Shown piece by piece: positions 1 to 12,541 of a stretch of DNA of 64,000 nucleotides. The stretch is from Mobula hypostoma. Lineage: Eukaryota. The notes under the pieces were generated by a model. It saw only the letters and a list, made by a program, of their open reading frames with translations. It ran no database searches and was not told where the DNA came from. The stretch lies in contig NC_086108.1 of assembly GCF_963921235.1 (NCBI RefSeq), forward strand, positions 113,090,001-113,154,000, in the 5' to 3' direction. The position numbers and the translations under genes are program-made. How positions within the stretch are numbered: the stretch's first letter is position 1; each line of letters starts with the position of its first letter.

Positions 1-629
1 CCACTATAAGAAAATTAAGTATTATCCCATGCACGTCCACTCTATCTAGCCCTTTTAATATTCAATGAGATCCCCCCTCCATTCTTCTAAACTCTGGTGA
101 GCCATCAAATGCTCCGCATACATTAACCCTTTCATTCTTGGAATTATTTTTGTGAACCTCCTCTGGACCATCCCCAATGCCAGCACTCTTTTTTTTAGAT
201 AGAGGCCCAAAACTGTTCACAATACTCCAAGTGCAATCTGACCAGGTTTACCATATTATTTCACTGTTTGTTGCTGCAAAACAACAGATTTTATGACATC
301 CTGAATGTCAGTGATAATAGATCTATTCTGATTCTGAAAGCTTTCCCAAGAGGGGGTTGGGATCTGGATCTCACTGCCTGAGGGGTGGTGAGGACAGAGA
401 CCCTCACAACACTGAACCAGTATCTTGACGCTCACTTGAATCACCAGGGCCTAGAAGGGTCCAGACTGAGTGCGGGGGGGGGGGGGTGGGGTGGGATTGG
501 TGTGGATCGGAACTTGGAGGTCATCATAGATATACGTGAAACCATCGCTGTCCTTTCATTTCATCCCCTCCTTCTCTCTCTCAGGGATTCTTGGACAAAA
601 CAAGATACTTTCAATAACTTTCATCTACC

Positions 630-1203
630 ACAATTGGTTACTCTCAGGGTGGAGGAGCCACACCTCATATTCCATCTGAGTAGCCTCTAGTCTGGCAGCA
701 TGAACACCGATTTCTCCAACTTCTGGTATTTCTTTCACCTACCATTTCCCTCTTCTTCAATGCCCAACTCTGGTCTCTTGCTTCTTCTCCTCACCTGCCT
801 ATCACCTGACCCTGGTGCCCCTCATCCTTCCCCTTCTCCCATGGTTCAATCGAATTCCTTCTTCTCCAGTCCTTTACTTTTCCCACCTATCATCTCCAAG
901 CTTCTTACTTCAACCCCCTCCCCTACCCACCTGGCTTCACCTATCACCTCCCAGCTTCTTACTTCATCTCCCCTCCCCCATCCACCTGACTTCGCCTATC
1001 ACCTTCTCACTCATCATTCTTCCCCTCCACCCAACTTCTTCTTCTGGCATCTTCTCACTTCTTTTCCAGTCCTGATGAAGAGTCGTGGCCGGAAATGTTG
1101 ACTCTTCATTCCTTCCCATAGACGCTGCCTAACCTGCTGAGTTCCTCCAGCATTTTGTGCGTGTTGCTCTGGGTCTCCTGCAAGTGTAGAGTCTCTTGTG
1201 TTT
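630..1203 (+). mobile_element. Penelope-like 3' fragment and pseudo-LTR
   Basis: LRVEEPHLIFHLSSL matches the GIY-YIG C-terminus seen near 27500. C/T-rich tract, then agtcCTGATGA...GAAAtgttgact at 1068-1103. Confidence 0.78.
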
Positions 1204-1346
1204 ATCTTTAATATGGAATCAGAGTTGTGGGCTCCAGTTCTCTGACTCTGAGGACACTCAATCCAAATACTGCTTCAGTGAGCTTCGAATTCCAAGGAAT
1301 GGATTCCCGAACTCCTCCTTGGTCATGTCACAAAGTAAATAATTAC

Positions 1347-1400
1347 CTTTTTACCTGGAGGTCCTTGATCACCAGGCAATCCATCCAGACCTCGTGGTCC
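1347..1400 (-). CDS. COL24A1: Collagen exon GPRGLDGLPGDQGPPGKK (most 3' exon in window; gene continues beyond position 1)
   Basis: 54 bp, ctttacag|GGA...AAG|gtaatt. Confidence 0.88.
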
Positions 1401-1663
1401 CTGTAAAGTCAAAGGATACCATGTGAATTGTTGCATGCCACACCCCATGGCTTCTGAACATCATGCCCTCCACACTGCCTCCTATGTCCAAAGTAGGATT
1501 TGGATTTGTCAGTGTCCTGAACCATTAACCCTGGCACCTCACCGTGTGGAAGTTCCAGCAAGACAAGGGTTAAGATGATATTCTGATGGAGACAGTGAGT
1601 AGTGTTGGAGTCGACTGTTTCACTCTTAGATTAGACAGTTTAATTGTCATTTTCTTTCCAGTC

Positions 1664-2300
1664 TGTGGATGTGTGGCGGAGAGTATATTGACTGGTTGCA
1701 ACACAGCCTGGTATAGAAACACCAATGCCCTTAAAAGGAAAATCCTACAAAAACTAGTGGATATGGGCCAGACCATCACAGGTGAAGTCCTCCCCTCCAT
1801 TGAGCACCTCCTCACAGAGCACTGTCACAGGAAAGCACCATTCATCATCAGGGACCTCACCATCCAGGCCATGCTCTCTTCTCGCTGCTGCCACAGGAAA
1901 GAGGTACTGGAGCCTTAGGAACCCACACCACCAGGTTCAGGAGCAGTTATTATCCCTCATCAGGCCCTTGAACCAGAGAGAACAACTTTACTCAACTTCA
2001 CTTGCCCCATCACAGAACTGTTCCCACAATCTACAAACTCACTTCCAAGGACTCTTCTTCTCAGGTTTTTGATATTTATTGCTTATTTATTAATTATTAT
2101 TTATTTTTTGTTTAGTTTTGTATTTTCACAGTTTGCTGAATTTTGCACATTGGTTGTTCGTCTGTCTTGTTGGGTGTGGTCTTTCATTGATTCTATTGTG
2201 TCTCTTGTATTTACTGTGAATGCCCACAAGAAAATATATCTCAAAGTAGTATATGGTGACATATATATACCTTGATAATTAACTTACTTTGAAATTTGAA
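1664..2300 (+). mobile_element. Rex-type LINE 3' fragment
   Basis: ESILTGCNTAWY...LQKLVD; same 3' UTR as 40350-40565. Confidence 0.72.
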
Positions 2301-4622
2301 TTTTCAGTTTATCAATTAACTGTCTGCTAGTATTTTAAGTAGTCCTTACAGTTTAATGTACTTCCTAGTGGTCAAAATGGGTATATACAGTTGTTCAATG
2401 TGTCCCCTAATGGTTATTCTAGAAAGTCTGGAAGCTTCTCTTGGTGCTGCTTTATTTGAATAAGAGCTTTCTCATTGGTTGACTTTTATCTATGAATTTG
2501 AATGGATTTTTTCCTATCTCTTGCATAAAAACAGCTGCTCCATGCTGATTGCCATCTTCCTTTATCTCTCCCTCTTCAATCAGTAGACCTCTATCACTAT
2601 CCGTTGTCAACTCTTTCTGTCCTATTAGCATTTAATAGAATGACTGTGAAGCATCAAGCTTTGTGCCTCTTTCCTGGCTTCTGAAAGAACCTTGGATTAA
2701 AACATCGAAATCCAGTAATAGTAACCCAAGCTGAACACGGGTGGAAGTTGCAACAAGGCAACGGTGAAGATAATGAGCTGATAGAGACAGTGAGATTCAA
2801 GATTGACTCATGTCATTTCCAGTACACAAGTGTAAAGGAGAATTAAATAATTGCTATTCTGAATCTGATGCAGAACAAAAAAGAATCGGAATCACGTTTA
2901 ATATCACCGGCATATGTCATGAAATTTGTTAACTTCACAAGAGCAGTACAATGGAGCACATAATAATAGAGAAAAATAACTGTGAATTACAGTATAAATA
3001 TGTATATTAAGTAGTTAGGTTAAATTGAAGTAGTGCAAAAAAAGAAATAAAAAAGTAATAAGGTAATGTTCATGGGTTCAATGTCCATTCAGAAATCTGA
3101 TGGCAGAGGGGTAGAAGCTGTTCCTGAATGGTTGAGAGTGTGACTTCAGGCTCCTGTACCTCCTCCCTGATGGTAGCAATGAGAAGAGGGCGTGTCCTGG
3201 GTGATGGGAGTCCCCAATGATGGATACTGCCTTTTTGAGGTATAACTCTTTGAAGATATCCTGGAATCTATGGAGGCTAGTGCCCATGATGGAGCTGGCT
3301 GAGTTTACAACTTTCTGCAGCTTAATTCAATCCTGTGCAATAGCCAACCCCACCTTCCCCATCCCACCCCCATTACCAGATGGTGAGGCAGCCTGTCAGA
3401 ATGCTCTCCATGTGACATGAGTAGAAACTTACAAGTGTTTTTGGTGACATAGCAAATCTCCTCAAACTCCAAATGAAATACAGCCGCTGTCTTGTCTTCT
3501 TTGTAACTGCATCGAAATGTTGGGACCAGGTTAGATCCTCAGAGATATTGAGACCCAGGAACTTGAAATTGCTCACTCTCTCCACTTCTGATCCCTCTAT
3601 GAGGACTGGTGTGTGTCCCCTCGTCTTATCCTTTTTGAAGTCCAAGTCAATTCTTTGGTCTTACTGATGTTGAGTGCCAGCTTGTTGCAGCGACACCACT
3701 CAACTAGCTGGTATATTTCACTCCTGTACGCCCTCTCGTCACCATCTGCCAACAGTGGCTGTATCATCAGCAAATTTATAGATGGTATTTGAGCTGTCAT
3801 GGGTGTAGAGACAGTTCAGCAGTGGGCTAAGCACACATTCCTGAGGTGCGCGAGTGTTGATCGTCAGCAAGGTGGAGATTTTATCTCCAATGCACACAGA
3901 AAGTGTCTCCGGTTAGGAAGTCGAGGATCCAGTTGCAGAGGGAGGTTCAGAGGCCCAGATTTTGCAGCTTTTTGATCAGAACTGTAGGAATAATGGTTTT
4001 CAACGCTGAGCATAATCATCCTGACATAGGTATTTGTATTGTTCAGATAGTCCAAGGCCGCATGGAGAGACAATGAGATGGCATCTGCTGTAGACCTATT
4101 GTGGCGATAGGCAAATTGCAGTGGGCCCAGGTCCTTGCTGAGGCAGGAGTTGATTCTAGCCATAATCAGCCTCTCAAAACACTTCCTGACCATCCATGTG
4201 AGTGCTACTGGGTGATTGTCGTTAAAGCAGCTCTCCCTGCTCTTCTCGGGTACTGTTATAACTGTTGTCCTTTTGAAGCAGGTGGGAACTTCCGACTGTA
4301 GCAATGAGAGATAAAAATGCCTCTGATCCCCTCCGTCAGCTGGTTGGCACAGGTTTTCAGAGCATTACCAGGTACTCCATCAGAGCTTGTCACCTGTCGA
4401 GGGCCTCATATCAGCCTCTGAGACAGGGATCACAGGGTCACTGGGTGCAGCAGGGATCCTCATAGCTGTAGTTTTATTCTCCCTTTCTATGCCGGAAGGT
4501 GTTGAGCTCATCTGGTAGCGAAGCACTGCTGCCATTCATACTACTGGGTTCTGCTTTGTAGGAAGTAAAGTCCTGCAAACCCTGCCAGAGTTGACGTGCA
4601 TCTTACATCACCTCCAAACTCG

Positions 4623-4899
4623 TAAACGCGAGGAATTCTGCAGATGCTGGAATTTCAAGCAACACACATCAAAGTTGCTGGTGAGCGCAGCAGGCCAGGC
4701 AGCATCTCTAGGAAGAGGTACAGTCAATGTTTCGGGCCGAGACCCTTCGTCAGGACTAACTGAAGGAAGAGCTAGTAAGAGATTTCTAGCTCTTCCTTCA
4801 GTTAGTCCTGACGAAGGGTCTGAAACGTCGACTGTACCTCTTCCTAGAGATGCTGCCTGGCCTGCTGCGTTCACCAGCAACTTTGATGTGTGTTGCTTT
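4623..4899. mobile_element. Palindromic Penelope-derived mini-element
   Basis: Inverted arms 4657-4775 and 4786-4898 with a 10-nt loop. Imperfect 13-bp TSD acctccaaactcg / accttcaacctcg. Inserted in a Rex-like LINE. Confidence 0.85.
4722..4757 (-). ncRNA. Minimal type I hammerhead ribozyme motif (probably decayed)
   Basis: Minus strand reads AGUC-CUGACGA-A-GGGU-CUCG-GCCC-GAAAC-AUU-GACU: core CUGANGA/GAAA, stem I AGUC/GACU, stem II GGGU/GCCC. The GUC cleavage triplet is replaced by AUU. Confidence 0.65.
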
Positions 4900-5524
4900 A
4901 CCTTCAACCTCGCTCGGAATTGTCTCTTCAACTTCTGCGGGTTGTATCTGGTTTGCTTGTACAGACCTGGTCACCAGACCTGAATACCACAGGTCTAGCC
5001 CTCAGCAGACTACAGACCTCCTGATTCATCCACAGCTTTTGATTTGGGAACGTACAGCAAGTTTTCGTAGGCACACACTCATCCATGCAGGTTTAATGAA
5101 ATCAGTGACATCTGTGGCGTACTCATTCAGACTCGCAGATGAATCCTTGGATGCAGTCCAGACCACCGATTCAAAGCACTCACGCGCCTCCCTTGTCCAT
5201 AGCTTCTTGATCCTCACTACTGGTGCTGTGGTCTTCAGGGAGTAGAAGTACAGCCAGGTGATCAGGCTTTCCAACGTGTGGGTGTGGGATAGCATGGTAA
5301 GCCTTCCTACTGGCCCAGTATATTGTTTCTTTGTGTACTACAAGTGATTTGTCAGGAATAATCATTTAATAAGATAAAGAACACAGTAATAATAAAACCA
5401 CAATAAATATAAATAAGATATCTTATACATGTAGATTAATTGTCTGTCCATAAAGTGACACTAGGCACAGGAGTGTCTGTACATAAGGTGACTGACAGGA
5501 AATGGTAAAGTTGTGGTGGTTGGC

Positions 5525-6082
5525 GGTGTGGAGGGGTGGGTTAGTGGGTGGGGGTGTGGAGGGGTGGGTTAGTGGTTGAGGTGTGGAGGGGTGGGTTAGT
5601 GGTTGGAGGTGTGGAGGGGTGGGTTAGTGGTTGGGGTGTGGAGGGTTGGGTTAGTGGGTGGGGGTGTGGAGGGGTGGGTTAGTGGGTGGGGGTGTGGAGG
5701 GGTGGGTTAGTGGGTGGGGGTGTGGAGGGGTGGGTTAGTGAGTGGGGGTGTGGAGGGGTTGGGTTAGTGGGTGGGGGTGTGGAGGGTTGGGTTAGTGGGT
5801 GGGGGTGTGGAGGGGTGGGTTAATGGTCGGGGTGTGGAGGGGTGAGTTAGTGGTCGGGGGTGTGGAGGGGTGGGTTAGTGGTTGGGGTGTGGAGGGGTGG
5901 GTTAGTGGTCGGGGTGTGGAGGGGTGGGTTAGCGGTCGGGGGTGTGGAGGGGTGGGTTAGTGGGTGGGGGTGTGGAGGGGTGGGTTAGTGGTCGGGGGTG
6001 TGGAGGGGTGGGTTAGTGGTTGGGGGTGTGGAGGGGTGGGTTAGTGGTCGGGGGTGTGGAGGGGTGGGTTAATGGGTGGAGG
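5525..6082 (+). repeat. G-rich 27-28-bp minisatellite, about 20 copies
   Basis: Unit GTGTGGAGGGGTGGGTTAGTGG(G/T)(T/C)GGGG. Confidence 0.95.
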
Positions 6083-6529
6083 TGTTGATCAGCCTCACTG
6101 CTTGGGGAAAGGAACTGTGTTTGAGTCTGGTGGTACTACGTAGCCTCCTCTCTGACAGGAGTGGGACAAACAGTCCATGAGCAGTGTGGTGGAGAACCTA
6201 CACCATGTTACTGGCCCTGTTTCAGCATCCTTCTGTATCTGTGTCCTTGATCTTGGTAGGGTGGTGCTGTTGATGTGTTGACTACCCATTGTAGAGCCTT
6301 CTTGTCCATCTCAGTGCAGTTTCCGTACCGTGCAGTGATGCAGCTTGTTAGGATGCTCCCTACAGCACATTATACAGTTACCCAAGCTGAACACACCCTT
6401 GAGAACTCAGTTCGTCTCTGCACCTCCTCTTTGTTTCAGACTGCCATCCAAGGTCAGCAGGCAGACAAAGACAAGGATGCAAATGAAGGATTGTAGGCAC
6501 TCACCAGCAATTGAACAGTTATTGCCAGC

Positions 6530-7285
6530 AGTTGTACTTCATTAGGAGTTTGAGGAGATTTGATATGTCACCAAACACTCTAGCGGGTTTCTACGGCAGG
6601 TACCATGGAGAACATTCTGACTGGTTACGTCACCGCCTGGTACGGGGGGACCACTGCACAGCATCGGAAAGACATGCGGAAAGCTGTAGACTCAGGCAGT
6701 CCATCATGGGCACCAGTCTCCCGAGTACTGAGGACATCTTCAAAAGGCAAGGCCTCAAAAAAGCAGCATCCATCATTAAGGCCCCCCACCATCTGAGACA
6801 TGCTCTCTTCTCATTACTTCCATCAGGAAGGAGGTACAGGAGCCTGAAGGCACACACTCAATGATTCAGGAACAGCTTCCCATCTGCCATCATATTGCTG
6901 AATATTCCATGAACCCATGAACAGTACCTCAGTATTTTGCTCTTTTTTTGCACTGTTTACTTATCTATCCGCATATCTGTTTATTCATTCATTTACTTAT
7001 TTATCTGCTTCATTATCTATTTACATTCTTATTGTAATTTATAGTAATTTTATATATTGCACTGTACTGCTGCCACAAAATCTATTTTACATATTTATAC
7101 ATTTATTATTATTGCACTTTATCTAAATGTGTTTTCCTGTGCTGCATCAGATCTGGAGTAACAATTATTTCATTCTCCTTTACACTTATGTACTGGAAAT
7201 GACATTAAACAATCTAGAACCTCTTGAAAAGAACAAATTTCACAACATACAGTATGCCAGTGCAAATAAACTGGATTCTGATTAT
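6530..7285 (+). mobile_element. Rex-type LINE 3' fragment with a nested second 3' end
   Basis: QQLYFIRSLRRF...LLPSGRRYRSL; ends gattctgatt. Confidence 0.72.
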
Positions 7286-7733
7286 TTTTACTCAATCTAG
7301 GGCTTCATTGGTGATTAACACATAGATTTTTATTGGTTATTAACTTCTGAAAAATGTATTGTGATTGGTAGCTACATATACAAATAATGAAATTAGAATG
7401 TGCACAACTTTTTGATTGGATCAATATCTGTATAAAAAATGGACAATTCTGAGCTAAAGTTTCAGAGAAGTTTGGTGACGGGGCTGAACTGTTCTCTTTG
7501 TGCACAAGTAAATAAGTAAATAAAGTGAGACTGGGAGGAGGTGTAAGTTATCCGAGTGCAGTTAATAGTTCGACAGTCTACGAAAGGGAAGGATGAGAGG
7601 GTATCCAAGCAACTTGAGTTCCGTACAGATCAAACAGAGAACAAGCGCACTTGGGAATCCTCGAGATCTGGGAATAGATGGGGCGGACCGGTGAAATGAC
7701 AGGGGACATTGTGTACTGATAAATACCACTTAC

Positions 7734-7787
7734 CCTTCTCCCTTTCACACCTTGTAGCCCTGGTGGTCCTCGTCGTCCAGGGAGCCC
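7734..7787 (-). CDS. COL24A1: Collagen exon GLPGRRGPPGLQGVKGRR
   Basis: 54 bp, ttctag|GGG...AGG|gtaagt. Confidence 0.88.
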
Positions 7788-8009
7788 CTAGAAGGCAGAT
7801 GGAAGAGCTGACATCAGCATGAGGTGAATGTACCAACATCAAGTTTAATACCATTGGGGAGGGGGTACCGGAGCCTAAAGACGCACACTCAATGGTTCAG
7901 GAACAGCTCCTTCCTTCAAAGAATGTTCTCCAAAGGTGGTAATGGTAAAAGCAGACAAGATAGTGATGTTTAAGAGGCACTTAGGCAGACACATGAATAT
8001 GCAGAAAAT

Positions 8010-8770
8010 AGAGAAATATAGAATGTAGAACAGGACGGCAAAGTACAGTCTCTTTAGCCCACCATGTTGTGCCGACCTTTCAACCTGATCAAAGTAACTC
8101 TTCACTTTTCTGTCACTCTCCATTTTTCTATCATCCACGTGCCTACCTAAGGGTCACTTAAATGCCCCTGATGTATCTGCCTCTACCACTACTTGCTGGC
8201 AGCGTCTTCCACACACCCACCACTCTCTGTGTAAAAAACATGCCTCTGACATCTGCCTAACACTTTCTTCCAATCAGTTTTAAATTATACCCCCTGGTAT
8301 TAGTCACTTTCTTCCTGGGAATAAATGTCTGGCTGTCCACTCTATCTATGCCTCTTATCATCTTGTACACCTCCATAAAATCACACTTCATCCTTCTTCG
8401 CTCCAAAAAGAAAAGCACAAGCTCACTCAACCTATCGTCATAAAACATGCTCTCTAATCCAGGCAACATCCTGTTAAATCTCTGAATCTTCCCATCCTTC
8501 CTATAATGACTAGAGCTGAACATAATATGCCAAAGTTGGTCTAACCAGAGTTTTATAGAGCTGCAACATTACCTTCCGGCTCTTGAACTTAATTTCCAGA
8601 CTAATGAAGGCCAACACACTATACACCTTCCTAACCACCCTGTCGACTTGTGTGGCAACTCTGACAGATCTACGGACGTGGACCCCAAGATCCCTCTGTT
8701 CCTCCACACTGCTATGAATCTGGCTATTCACTCTGTATTCTGCCTTGAAATTCAACCTACCAAAGTGTGG
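8010..8770 (-). mobile_element. CR1 3' fragment
   Basis: QRDLGVHV, LYKTLVRP, MIRGIDRVD. Confidence 0.8.
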
Positions 8771-9199
8771 TATAATTTTGGAGAATGTGACCACCATTGC
8801 TGTAAAATCCTTTACCCAGTTTGGAATGAGCTGTCAACCGTAGGTACACAGCAGAAAACTCAGCTCTACATTACTGCTAAAATCACACCATGGTCACAGC
8901 CACGTGTTCCAACTAGCCCAAAGAAGTCAGTGTCTGTGGGGATGAAATGATTGAAGCCAATCTCTACCCATGTGAGATTGGGAACCGAGACCCTGACATA
9001 CATGGGACAAGAGCAGTCAGGCCTGAGTGGAAGGTCTTTGGGGAACTTTGGCACAGAGAAGGAAATGAGACCCTGGTGCAGATAAGCCATGGGCACATTG
9101 AATAGTGGGACAGGCTAGAAGGGCTGAATAGCCTACTTCAGCTCCTGTCTTCATGTGAGCTTGAGGGATATGGACAAAATAATGAGGGGTATAGATAGA

Positions 9200-10118
9200 C
9201 AGAATTTAATGCAAACAAGTGTGAGGTGTTGCACTTTCAGAGGACAAACCCGGACAGGACTTACACGTGACTCACTTTGGAAGGCTGAACTTGAAGGCAG
9301 AGTACAAGGTTAATGGTAGAATTCTTATCAGAGGAGTTCAGCATAGAGGCCGAAAATTTTGGCCAACTTATATAGTGGCACTGTGCAGGATATTACTTAC
9401 ACAGTGAACGGTAGGGCACAGACGAGTGTGGTGGAACAAAGGGATCTGGGGATACAGGTTCATCGTTCTTGGAAAGTGGTGTCACAAGTAGATAGGGTCA
9501 TAAATAGAGCTTTTGGCACATTGGCTTTCATAAATCAAAGTATTGAGTACAGGAGTTGAGAGATTATGATGAAGTTGTATAAGACATTGGTGGGGCTTAA
9601 TTTGGAGTATTGTGTACAGTTCTGGTCACTTACCTACGAGAAATATATCAATAACATTGAGAGAGTATAGAGAAAATTTACAAGGGTGTTGCGGGACTTG
9701 AGGACCTGAGTTATAGGAAAAGGCTGAATAGTTTATAAATTTATTCCCTGGAGCATAGAAGAAAGAGGGGAGATTTGATAGATGTATACAAAGTTATGAG
9801 GATTATAGATAGAGTAAATGCAAGCAGAATTTTTCTACTGAGGTTGGATGAGACAAGAACTGTAGATCATAGGTTAAGGGTGAAAGGTGAAATATGTAAG
9901 GGAACATGAAGGGGAATTTCTTCACTTAGAGGATGGTGAGAGTGTGGAATGAGTTGCCAGTAGAAGTGGTGGAGGCGGGTTTGATTGCAACATTTAAGAG
10001 AAGTTTGCATAGGTACACGGATGGGAGGGTATGGAGGGCAGGTCGATGGGACTAGGAGAAATAACGGTTCAGCATGCACTAGATGGGCCAAAGGGTCTGT
10101 TCCTGTCATAGTGCTCTA
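9200..10118 (+). mobile_element. CR1 3' fragment(s)
   Basis: EQRDLGIQVH, AFINQSIEYRS, CR1 3' UTR. Confidence 0.8.
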
Positions 10119-10184
10119 TGACTCAATGGGTACAGGGCATCAGGTCAGGAGATGAGTTGCCATTATTTTCAGAAGGTTACTCAC

Positions 10185-10238
10185 TGGTTTTCCTTCTGGC
10201 CCCACAGGTCCGGGTGTCCCGGGAGGTCCCATGTAACC
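10185..10238 (-). CDS. COL24A1: Collagen exon GYMGPPGTPGPVGPEGKP
   Basis: 54 bp, ttggcag|GGT...CCA|gtgagt. Confidence 0.88.
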
Positions 10239-12541
10239 CTGCCAAGATAAACGATACAAAGAGAGCAATTAAACAGCTGGCCACCACCCCTGGCAATCTC
10301 CCCTGCAGCTGAGGAATGTGTTTGCGCAGCCTGTGCATTGGCTGAACTGTTGAAGACAGGCTCTGATCACCCACTGCTCTGCCAAGAAGCTGAATGTCTC
10401 TGGTCCTCTGATACCCTTCTTAGGAAGATATCTGATCTGGCCTCCAACATGATGGGATCAACTTTGATTTTTCCAGTTTCCAGTAATTTTGCCCCCTAAC
10501 CCTCTGCTACTCTTCCTTTCCATTCCCCATTCTAGTTACTGCAAGTCACTGAACTCCACAGATTCACCATCCCCTGGTGAAAGAAATCCCTCTTCATCTC
10601 TGTTCTAAAAGGACGTCTTTCTATTCTAAGGCTCTGCCCCCTTGTCCTAGACTTTCCCACTATAGTAAACATCCTCTTCACATCCACTCACACATTTTGT
10701 GTGCGTTACAGTGAAAAACTTTGCAGGTAATTTGTACAGATTGCTCTAAGTTGCTGGATCAGACAGGTGCTGGCTCAATGGGTCAGACAGCATTTGCAGA
10801 GGTGAACGAACTGTGGATGTTTAGGATTGAGAGCCTGTTTTAGGAAGTAACCCTACCAGTGGCTGTGCCCCTTGACAATAAGTACTCCTATTTGAGTACT
10901 GTTGAGGGGGACAGCTTACCTGGAGGAAGTGACAGTGGCCGTGCCTCCAGTACAGAGTCTGGCCCTGTAGCTCAGAAAGGTAGGGAAAGGAAGAGGAGGG
11001 CAGTAGTGATAGGGGACTTGATAGTTAGGGGGTCAGATAGGCGATTCTGTGGACGCAGTCAGGAGACCCAGATGGTAGCTTGCTTCCCTGGTGCCAGGGT
11101 CCGGGATGTCTCTGATCGCGTCCAAGATATCCTGAAGTGGAAGGGTGAGGAGCCAGAGGTCGTGGTACATATAGGTACCAATGACATAGGTAGGAAAAGG
11201 GGAGAGGTCCTGAAAAGAGAATTGTAATCTCGGGATTACTGCCTGTGCCACGCGACAGTGAGAGTAGGAATGGAATGAGGTGGAGGATAAATGCGTGGCT
11301 GAGGGATTGGAGCAGGGGGCAGGGATTCAAGTTTTTGGATCATTGGGACCTCTTTTGGCGCAGGTATGACCTGTACAAAAAGGACGGGTTGCACTTGAAT
11401 CCTAGGGGGACCAATATCCTGGCGGGGAGATTTGCGAGGGGTACTGAGGAGACTTGAAACTAGAATGGTTGGAGGGTAGGAATCAAACTGAAGAGACTAG
11501 GACAGAGGAGGTTAGTTCACAAATAGAGAAAGCTAGTAGACAGTGTGTGAGGGAGGATAGGCAGGGGACAGAGATGTAGGGGAGAAGGAAGAAAAAGATA
11601 ACAAAGTTGTTTGCTCCATTAGGAATAAACAGAGAGTAAGAGGTGGAGAGTTTCTTAAGTGCATTTATTTTAATGCTAGGAACATTGTAAGAAGGTGGAT
11701 GAGCTTAGATACCTGGAAATATGATGTTGTAGCTATTAGTGAAACATGGTTGCAGGAGGGGTGTGATTGGCAACTAAATATTCCTGGATTTCGTTGCTTC
11801 AGGTGTGATAGAGTCAGAGGGGAGGTGTTGCATTGCTTGTCAGAGAAAATATAACAGCAGTGCTTTGGCAGGATAGATTAGAGGACTCATCTAGGGAGGC
11901 TATTTGGGTGGAATTGAGGAATGGGAAAGGTGTAGTGATGCTTAGAGGGGTGTATTATAGACCACCTAATGGGGAGCAAAAATTGGAGGAGCAAATTTGT
12001 AAGGAGATAGCAGATATTTGTAGTAGGCACAAGGTTGTGATTGTGGGAGATTTTAATTTTCCACACATTGACTGGGAAGCCAATTCTATAAAAGGGCTGG
12101 ATGGTTTGGAGTTTGTAAAATGTGTGCAAGATAGTTTTTTTTTGCAGCAATACATAGAGGTACCAACTAGAGAAGGGGCAGTGTTGGATCTCCTGTTAGG
12201 GAATGAGATAGGGCAGGTGACAGAGGTATGTGTTGGGGAGCACTTCGGGTCCAGTTATCACAATACCATTAGTTTCAATATAATTATGGAGAAGGATAGG
12301 ACCGGACCCAGGGTTGAGATTTTTGATTGGAGAAAGGCTAACTTTGAGGAGATGCAAAAGGATATGGAAGGAGTGGATTGGGACAATTTGTTTTATGGGG
12401 AAGGATGTAATAGAGAAATAGAGGTCATTTAAAGGTGAAATTTCGAGAGTACAGAATCTTTATGTTCCTATTAGGTTGAAAGGAAAGATTGGAAGTTTGA
12501 GAGAGCCATAGTTTTCAAGGGATATTGAAAACTTGGTTCAG

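Larger units (their letters stand above)
2885..5320 (-). mobile_element. Decayed Rex1/Babar-type LINE
   Basis: CFKRTTVITVP, PVALT...KCFERL, LQFAYRHNRSTADAI, FKFLG and LLPSGRRYRSL motifs; TTCTGA-type tail near 2885. Confidence 0.8.

Noticed and set aside
2300..2704. Possible solo LTR ending ttaaaaca
   Set aside because: LTR-like composition, but no clear 5' TG end or TSD.
4591..4983. Overlapping ORFs with similar peptides on both strands
   Set aside because: Artefact of the DNA palindrome.
5525..6082. Interstitial telomere
   Set aside because: Only isolated GGGTTAG within a 28-bp unit; no (TTAGGG)n run.
10859..11457. Host GDSL esterase gene
   Set aside because: It is the known esterase domain of CR1 ORF1, contiguous with CR1 ORF2 and disrupted.
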